From Octopus vulgaris (taxonomy: Eukaryota): 64,000 bases of DNA. Location: contig OX597814.1 of NCBI GenBank assembly GCA_951406725.2, positions 153,264,001 to 153,328,000 of the forward strand. Direction: 5' to 3'. A program made the translations under genes and the position numbers. Each line of letters opens with the position of its first letter. Within the stretch, counting starts at the first letter, position 1. The notes under the pieces are model-generated. The model saw nothing but the letters and a program-made list of their open reading frames with translations, was not told the origin of the DNA and did no database searches. Positions 55,258-64,000 of the stretch are shown piece after piece.

Positions 55258-55925
55258 CTTGTATATATTGAGTGTTCAACATATACAGGGAAACCAGGCA
55301 TTGCCAACACTATATATGTAACTAGTTCTAACATAAGGGTTGTCCACATAGTGGTCATCCCTCTTATATGTATATAATACAATTTACTGAACTTTCAGAT
55401 TTTAATATGCAAGACCACTGGTGTTAAATAGATGTTAATTTAATTAATATCCAATTTCTCACCCTCATTTTAAATTTAAATTAATATGTTCTCTAACTGG
55501 CAAAAGCTATTGCAGTAAATTATTTTCTGCAGTATAATTTTCCGGTAATTTAGCGTGCCAAAATGAGGATTTTTGAAAAATAACCGCAAGTGTAATAGGT
55601 AGAACTATATACAGGTCTGACCTCAAGCAGGCATCCCCATATATAGTTCTGCAAATTATATTTGTATGGACAGTCACACTGAAGATCTACGGACAATTGT
55701 GTAAATAAAATTACGTAATCTGTTAATAGTAAAACATGTATGTGAATAATCTGTATTTTGTTACTTTACATTTGTCTTGCTCACTTACGTTCTGGTGTTT
55801 GCTAAATTTTTCTTGAGAACATTTCTTAGTGGTAAGACCATAGCGGATCTACTTCTAGCATAAGGGTTGTCCACATAGTGGTCATCCCTCTCATAAGTAT
55901 GTAACTAGTTATATATGTTGAAGTC
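55258..55925. repeat. Unclassified module bounded by 39-bp direct repeats
   Basis: TTCTA(A/G)CATAAGGGTTGTCCACATAGTGGTCATCCCTCT at 55326-55364 and 55853-55891; TATGTAACTAGTT at 55315 and 55898. Confidence 0.75.
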
Positions 55926-58900
55926 AGCAATAACTGGTTACCCAATGCATTTTGAATATGTACAAATATGTACAGACACACACATATACACAGATACAAA
56001 TACCCATAAATACACACATTATGTGTGTGTGTGTGTGTGTGTGGAAAAGCAATTTTGCTGTTTTTTAGCCCACACAAGCTTTTTACTAAAAAGGGATTAA
56101 TCACTTGAATTTTCAACCAGCTATTTTCTTGCTTTATGTTATATGCAAATAACACATGTACACCATTATTTAAGACAATAAATGAATATATATATATATA
56201 TATATATATTGCAAATATTAAAATGTCACATATTATTATGTCACATAATAGGCTTTTGTCATTATGCAGTTTATTATCTTCTGTGGATTTGTTTAAAATA
56301 CATCTCATTTTATCACAAGTCTTGGTTATTTCCTTTATCCACTGCATCCTTAACACACCATGTATTCTTTCCCCTTCACTTCAACAATGATTATGTCATA
56401 ATACAAAACTGTCCAAAGTGCTAATAGAATTCTTCCTAATATTCTGTATCCCATAATTCTAATCTAATCCTTTATAAGAATTCTATGTTCGTCAATTAAC
56501 TAAAAAAAAAAAAAGAAAATTCACATTGCACACAAAATATTAATTCATGGCTTTAACAATTAAAATTATTCTAGAGGTTCTCTTTCTCTTTACAGGTAAG
56601 GATAATTCACATAAAAATGAAAACTGCTTCATACAAATTTATCTGTTCATAAAATATATGAGAAAGGTATAAAGATGTGTATGTGTGGCTGTGTATTATA
56701 TATTATATACGGTAACCCTTTAGAATTCTGTCTGTACATGTTTTTCCTGCACCTATTTAAAAGGAATGTTAAACACATCAATTTCACCAATCAGGGAAAG
56801 CAGGTAAAGGTCATAGGTACAGGCCCTTCCACCAGACCAATCAAATACAAAACATGCATGTGCATGAACCCACATGCATGCGTGTAGACACAAACAACCA
56901 AACTTTTGTTTGGCACAAATATAAAGGAATTTTCTTCACACCATCAATCAAACTGAGAAATTTTATATAGGATTCTTTTACTTCTCATTAATTCATATTT
57001 TCCATAAATTAAAAAAAAAAAAGAAGTATTGCTTTGTACATTTATGTTGATTGAATTAAATCCAAAATGTTAAAAAGACTGTCCTATCTTTGAAAGATTA
57101 TATTTAAATGTTGGATTATTTGACTACATTGGACTGCATAGTTGACTATTTTGTTGAGATCAAAATATTAAAGAATTTAATCAAGGTGTTTCATTGCTTT
57201 CAATAGAATAATTCCTAAGTACATGGTTATATTAAAGTAAGATTACAGGCAAGATCTGTACTAAAATTTTAGCACGTTAAAAGTGAATCAGAGAGACTGC
57301 TTTTGATGGTTTTGTTTAAACACTACTGAAAATTAAGTAGAATATCACAATGATTCATATAAGCTTGTATTCTAAAAAAATATTAAGTAAAAAAAAATAA
57401 CTCCTGGAAAAATTGCCTTAATTTAAATTGTTTAACATCAAAATAAATCTAATCTAGAAGACCTGTGATAAAAGATGTTCCTTCAGTGACTTCCCTAACC
57501 ACTACTTTTTTTTTCCCCTCACAGTGTATCAATCTAAAACTAAATAATCTAAGGTGTCCTTGCCATTTGAAAGCAGTAGAGTGTAATTTGGGGAGAACTG
57601 GTTGCTAGGAAGAGACCAATTTGACTATCCTATTTTTTTCTTATAAGTGTATCTATAGTTACGCCATTAAAGGTGTCTTTGTTTTCTTATAGACAGCAGG
57701 GTATAATTTGGAGAGATTTAGTTGCTATTTCTAGTAGAACAATTAACCACATTGAGTCTGTTTCTCTCTTTCTCTCTATAAGTGGCCTGAAAAGTTGGTG
57801 ATCAGGGTTCTACCTTTATTATCACTAGCACCCTCTGCCCCCTCCAAAAAAAAAAAAAATCAAATTACAAGATTTAGTTAACTCTCTTCCCATGTCTAAA
57901 CTACTCTTTAAATTATAGATCCAATTAGTCTGAAAGCAGAATAACATCCACATTATAGCCTCAGATATGGGGAAATTCTAATTAAGTAATCCATAGATTC
58001 ATGGAATATCTTTCATCACATTCAATAACAAATATTCATTTAAAGACTAGCTTCATCATAATCTGAGTGAAATCTGACCAAAATGATTATTAAAGAGATT
58101 GGGTAAGATAGAGAGGCGAATGAGAATGAAAACTGCCTTACAAAAAGTAAATCAATACAAAAGAAACAATTTTTGGTTGGGGGCAGCATCAAAGGATAAC
58201 CTGATAACCTAGCAAAAGGTAATTAAATTAGTAGCAATTTTAGCAGTGCTGAAGCCTGAAAATGAATGAGAAGTAATTCTTAATAAAGATGGAAAATTTG
58301 GTGTGTAAGGGTCAAAGGTGCACGATTCGTTAAGAAGCACTCTTAGAAACAATATTAGACTTGGTGATTTATATTTTGACAATTTCTAGCCAATCATCAG
58401 ACATGACTTAACATAATCAGGTTCATTTCTCATGGCTTAATACACCATTAAAAATATTCAAGAGAACCAACAGGGAGGTGCAATTAAGGGAGGGTCTCTT
58501 ATAAAGTAGGCCATTTCTTTGTTAGTAATCTATTAAGCATTGCATCAAGTACACTGCCATAGAGACACTTTGAGCAGCAACCTTCATATTGAAGGAAATG
58601 ATTACAGCTTACAAAGTAAAACGCTCTTGTCTAAATACCAGTAACAACTAGTCTAGCTTTCAGTTAAGAAATAACAGATTTAGTTCCATTGGAAAGTCTC
58701 TGATATATTGGAAAGTATGTGCAAAATAAAGATTGATGTAATAAATTACTTGAAAAAGCTAACTGGTTTCACAGCAGTTATAATGAATGGAAAGAGAAAA
58801 GCTGCAAGCTCAATCAGAGTAATAAATAATTTACTTGCTCTTTACATCTGATTGTCATCGTAGGTGCAGAAATCAAAACAAAAATATTAACTCCTAAGAA

Positions 58901-58977
58901 GAACATACAGAAAAAAAAAAGAACAAAAATATCACCAACAACAACAACAGCCACACCATACCTCTTTCATAAATACC

Positions 58978-59008
<31 letters not shown>

Positions 59009-61026
59009 CCTTATCTTTACACCATGTGGTAATTGTGAAGAAGCATCATCATCATATAAAAAATACTGTTCATTTCCAGTCTTCCATAAAAAAAAATTAG
59101 GTCTGGTCATGGGAAAGGTTAATTCAGGAAGGACATCTTAGCAGTAGAAAATCTGTCTTAACAAATTGCATCTGATCCATGCAAGCATGAAAAAGTAAAT
59201 GTTAAACGATGATGATGATGATGAGGAACTCATTCAATACTAACTGGCCTAGAGATGTTCCCGATGTTATGCTATGAATCGACCCCAAACCACCTATATT
59301 AAAGTGTTTATATTTAAATTATAATCCCAACTAAAATCTAGTTAGATGAATGATAATTTTGGATTTCAGAAGGTAAAAATCTCAACATGATTTTACATAA
59401 GAACCTTCAGTTGTGCATTACAAATACCAGCTTAGTATGCTGGTAGGCTGGTGAAGGAAGCCTCTTCGTAGTCATTTAATCTGTTAGAAATAGTAACAAA
59501 TCTCTACCTTTTTAAATAAGGAAAGAATATATTTGATAATGTAGTCCTATATACTTGAGAGAGAGAGAGAGAGAGAGAAAGGGAGAAAGAGACAGATCGA
59601 GAAAGAAATAGAGAGTGGTCAATGCTGGAATATCTCTGATCATAGGTCTGCTCAACCAATGTTGACACGGGGCAAGACAACCACCACTGGTCAAAAAATG
59701 AGAATATGTGAGTTATTTTATTAAACAACTCCCAAGCTGGGATTATTCTGAAAATTTACTGAAACACAGGTAATAGTGTATTGGTTATCAGGAATATGCT
59801 TAGGTAAGAGTTAAGAGTAGAAAAGTGTTTTATTGTTGTACAGTTACAGAACCATTTCACTGATGCATTAGAATCAGTAGAAAAACAAAATACTCGAAGA
59901 AACTAACAGATACCTCATTGAAGAACATTAAAATTAACTTTTTACAAATAACTTAATAACAGATCATGAGCAGATAGCTTTGGTTTAGTTTCCATATATA
60001 TTAATGTGAAAACATCTACACATGAATGTATAGCACTGTCACAACAATATAGTGTGGAAAACTATCCACACATCACTGAAATAGATGAAAACCTACAGTA
60101 TACTGTTCAATGAAATCTCATTAACTCTAAAACAAACTATAAACTGAATTGAAATAACAACACACCATTGGAACAACATTCACTAGAATTAAAACAACAG
60201 AAATGCTAATACAAAATAAATTTGAAGATAATGGTATTCTTGTTTGGCTCCTGGTCAGCCCTGATCATTCCATCAATTTATACACTAAAAAACTGGAACT
60301 AAACAACAATTCTCAATGTTTTCTACTTTAAATTCCCATCTCTCAAAGTCTTACCCCACCAACATATATATATATATTGTTTGATGCCTAGAATTTTGAA
60401 TGAGTCATAAAGCTACTATAACTTTGACATACCTACCACCTTCTCTATGAAGATTATGGAGAGACCTTTTCCCACATAATTAAACAAAGAAAAATGGAAT
60501 AAACACAATGATAGCTATTGACCTAATGATGCCAACTAACTTTGGTATGAAGGGAATCAAAGCATGACTAAAGAATTTTATAACACAGATTAGATGCCAC
60601 AAATGCTTGTTATTTTCTTCAAAACCATTTTTACATGCTCTAATGGTAATGCTAGCAGCAACACAAGTAAATTAATGACATCAACCAGATCTGACCGACA
60701 AGGTAAATATTACAATGAAAGTGCCTTTTTGCTACCATAAGTAAATACAGTAAGAATGAGATATCCTGTTCCCAAGAACAAAAAGGGACAAAATTTAGCA
60801 CCAATACTGATTGCTACCATTTTAGTACAGGGTCACAAATCATAGGCCAGGGGCAGCTAGTTAAATTGACCCCAGCACTTAAATAGTACTTATTTTATTG
60901 TAAATATAAAGAATGGTAATCAAAGTAAACTTCTAACAGGATTTCTGAGAAAGCCAAAAAAAAAGTAACTAAATTCTATCAAATATTTTGTTTAGCACTC
61001 TACTGTTCACCATTCTCTAAATGAGG

Positions 61027-62240
61027 CATTACTAAGAATGAAATGACCGATTTTCAATTGAAAGTTTATTTCACTTTATCTCAAACAAAGCAATGCAGTT
61101 ATTCAAAGTATGTACCTAAATTATCAACATAATTTTGCCATTTTACTGGGATCTTATTTATACCAGCAGCAAAGAATTCTGGAGAGCAAGAGGTGATGAA
61201 ATCATAAAAGACTGTTTTTGCATCTTCAGATTTGAAGTGTTTTCCTTGCAAAAAGTTGTCTAATACCTGCAAAACATGATAGTCAATTGGTGCAAGGTCT
61301 GGTGAATATGGTGGATGACAGAGTACTTCTAAGTTAAGTTCCTGTAACTGGAGTAGCGTTTTTTGTGCAATATGTAGTTGAGCATTGTCTTGTAAGAGAA
61401 TTGGCCTGTCTCTATTGACCAATCTCAATTGTTTAATTGCAAGTTCACTCATCACTTCACCCAATCAGTTGATGTATACATCTGCTGTAATTGACAGGTC
61501 TCATGAAGCTGTAGTGGATGACACCAGCACTGGGCCACCAAACAGAAACCATTAGCTTTTTTTGGTGAATATTCTTTTTTGGATTGTGTTTTGGCACTTC
61601 GTCTCTATCCGACCACCATGCAGAACGCTTGCTATTGTTGAAAAGAATCCATTTTTCATCACACATAACAATACAATGCAAAAATGGTTTGCTTTTATGG
61701 CGTGACAGCAAAGAACAAGTTTCAAGACAACATGTCATTTGATGCTCATTCAGTTTGTGTGGTACCCAACTGTCCAGCTTCTTTATCTTGCTGATTTGTT
61801 TCAGATGGTTCAATACAGTTGGAATTGAAAACATCAAACCTTGCTGCTAACTCATGTGTAGTTTGAGAGGTATCTGCTTCCACTACAGTTTCCAGCTCAT
61901 CATTATCCACCTTGGTCTCAGGTCTACCATGGGGCTGATTTTCAAGAGTAAAGTCACCAGACCAGAACTTCTCAAACCATTGATGTACAGTGCACTCATT
62001 CACTACATCTCATTGATGTTTTGAGTTGTCTGGGATGCATTGGTTCCACGACAGAACTCATATTCATAAACAACACAAATTTTATCTATCCATGGGTTCA
62101 TAAAAAATGATTCATAAGAGAAAACACAATATAATCAAACACCATGAATTGTATTTCAAAAATGTGATGATATAACTCTTCAATGTTAACAACTGTTAAA
62201 CATGATGCATAAGAAAATTGGACATTTCATTCTTAATGAG
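61027..62240 (-). mobile_element. Near full-length mariner transposon
   Basis: TIR core TAAGAATGAAATGACCGATTTTC (61033) / GAAAATTGGACATTTCATTCTTA (62213-62235); TA after 62240; exact left end eroded. Confidence 0.92.
61099..62093 (-). pseudogene. Frameshifted mariner DD34D transposase
   Basis: ATG at 62093; YEYEFCRG..A, WVPHKL, CDEKWI, LLQDNA, HPPYSPDLAPIDYH; I count 34 residues between the second and third D; split over three frames. Confidence 0.95.
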
Positions 62241-63276
62241 TATATATCTCTCATAAACAAAGGAATATTACATAATGTCATCCCAGTTACAGTAGCTATT
62301 AAAAAAAAAACTAGATGGGATGGTCATGGCAGTAATACCTTTGACTAAATCTTCTACTGGATTGATAATATAACAGTAGTTTAGCCCTTTTTGTGAGTGT
62401 ATATCTTATGAACTACACTGCTCATGTGTTTTAATTAGTTTTGAAATCAAGAATTTGAAGAGACTGTTTGTTGCATAGAATTATAAATGAAAGATTTTAA
62501 TTTAAATATGATTCAAAATTTTAATGTGATGCAAGATTTTAATTTAAATATGATATTTTTAAAACAATGGTCTCAGGCAAGTTGGTATTTCAGGAGTTAA
62601 GGAAACTAAAGCAATGGCTGAAGACAAAGGAATAAGATGTAAACAAGATGATATTAAAATTACATTTAGTATTTGTACTTATGTACAAGGTTATAACAAA
62701 GTGGTACCATTAGAGGATGAAAAAAGATGAAAAAGATTTGAAATGAATATATAAGATGGTGGTTTGACAAGTAGTAATGACAAATAATGATATCCCTTTC
62801 TATCATATAGGACTGAAAAATCTCACAATGACTACTAATTAATTAAAAAGAGAAAGAAGGGAGTAGAATATCAGAGAATAGATGATGAATATAAGCTGTA
62901 GACTTTGGTATAATTTATTATTGGTATGGTTGAAACAAAGGAATGGGAGGGGTAGAGTTGACTGATTTAGTCTTTGTAAAACATTTATTTTATTGACTCA
63001 GAAAGGATGAAAGGCAAAGTCAACAGGGATGGAAATAAATACTGCAAGACAGTTTAGCAATACCATTTATGCCACTACACCTCCCTGATACAACTAAACT
63101 TAATGAACCAAGATAAACCTCAGCAAAGTCACTTGACCTCCTTGAAGTAAGGGTTCAATCTCCCTCATATCACAACCTAACTGACTTAGAAAACCTTTGA
63201 TCATAGAACCTGAGCTGAGCTGGAGGTAAACAATAACTAAACATTAAAAGAAGGACTATAACTCTTATCTTTTTAA

Positions 63277-63495
63277 CCCTTTCATTACCATATTTATTTT
63301 GAGATGCCCTGTGTTTCTTTCAATTATTTTAAATATAACAAAGAATTTAGTAAAATAACTTAGTTACCATTAAGCTAGTGTTAATAACAAATTGTGGCTA
63401 AGGTTTGCTGGATGATTTTAATTTAAAACTTAAGAAAACAAGACATTTATACTACAGAGCCAGAGGCGGTTTTGGCCCGGCTGGTAATGAAAGGG
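63277..63495. mobile_element. piggyBac-type MITE (219 bp)
   Basis: TTAA|CCCTTTCATTACCA ... TGGTAATGAAAGGG|TTAA, a perfect 14-bp TIR; body homologous to 27551-27771. Confidence 0.93.
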
Positions 63496-63499
63496 TTAA

Positions 63500-63863
63500 T
63501 CTGTTTCAGTCATTAGATCGCAGCCATGCTGGGACCTTAAAGAAACTTAGACAAGCAAAAGAACTCCAGTCCAATTTTTTTATGCCTGGTATTTATTCTA
63601 TCACTTTCTTTTGCTGAACTTCTAAATTATGGGGATGTAAACATACCAACACCAGTTGTGAAGTGGCAGTAGGCGACTGTATGTGTGTATACACATACAC
63701 GAGGAGTTTCTTTCAGTTTCTGTCTACCATATCCACTGAGAAGGCTTTGGTTGGCCCAAGGCTATAGTAAAAGACACTTACTTGTCCAAGGTGTTATGCA
63801 GTAGGACTGAACGTAAAGCCATGTGGTTGGGAAGCAAACTTCTTATCACAGCCACACCTGTGC
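63500..63863 (-). mobile_element. Family-A SINE
   Basis: Tail CTGTTTCAGTCATTAGATCGCAGCCATGCTGG; head CCATGTGGTTGGGAAGCAAACTTCTT..CAGCCACACCTG. Confidence 0.88.
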
Positions 63864-64000
63864 TTATAAAAATGCATGTGCACAACAAGGTGCAGAACCC
63901 ACAACCCTGAGATTAAGAATCTTAAAGTAATTGAAGGAATATCTGTTTTAACAACACATAACCTCAATTAAAGACAAGTGTGTGGAGAGAAAGAAAGGTG

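Noticed and set aside
55826-56424. Longest ORF (176 aa) and its neighbours
   Set aside because: Runs through (TA)n and (CA)n microsatellites (IYIYIY, HTHTHT); no domain signature or exon borders.

Overview
AT-rich, repeat-dense animal genomic DNA. The tRNA-derived SINE families and RTE tails look like those of a coleoid cephalopod such as Octopus; that assignment is inferred, not tested. One host gene is clearly recognisable: ZMYND19 on the minus strand, with five coding exons (30467-30361, 27032-26828, 22771-22708, 15870-15771, 12850-12748). They have GT-AG borders and compatible phases, and encode [17 protein letters not shown]...HKRHCREKRKLYSLERPPER*. I could not find the 5' exons (about 37 aa), which probably lie beyond 64000. 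The SINE-poor stretch at about 2.66-12.75 kb probably holds the long 3' UTR of ZMYND19 plus the last exon of an unidentified convergent plus-strand gene, and it carries three clean hairpins. The rest is mobile-element debris: a near full-length Tc1, a D34D mariner, a Buster-type hAT remnant, piggyBac-, Tc2- and Tigger-type MITEs, RTE and CR1-like LINE pieces, two SINE families (arrays, nests and one fold-back), and a repeat with a decayed hammerhead-ribozyme core. Best leads: the hammerhead repeat, an unclassified 0.65-kb module with permuted palindromic end repeats, an A-C-mismatch hairpin in the ZMYND19 UTR, a 63-nt pre-miRNA-sized hairpin, and a predicted stop-free 369-nt circRNA. None of these is demonstrated; no search or folding computation was run.
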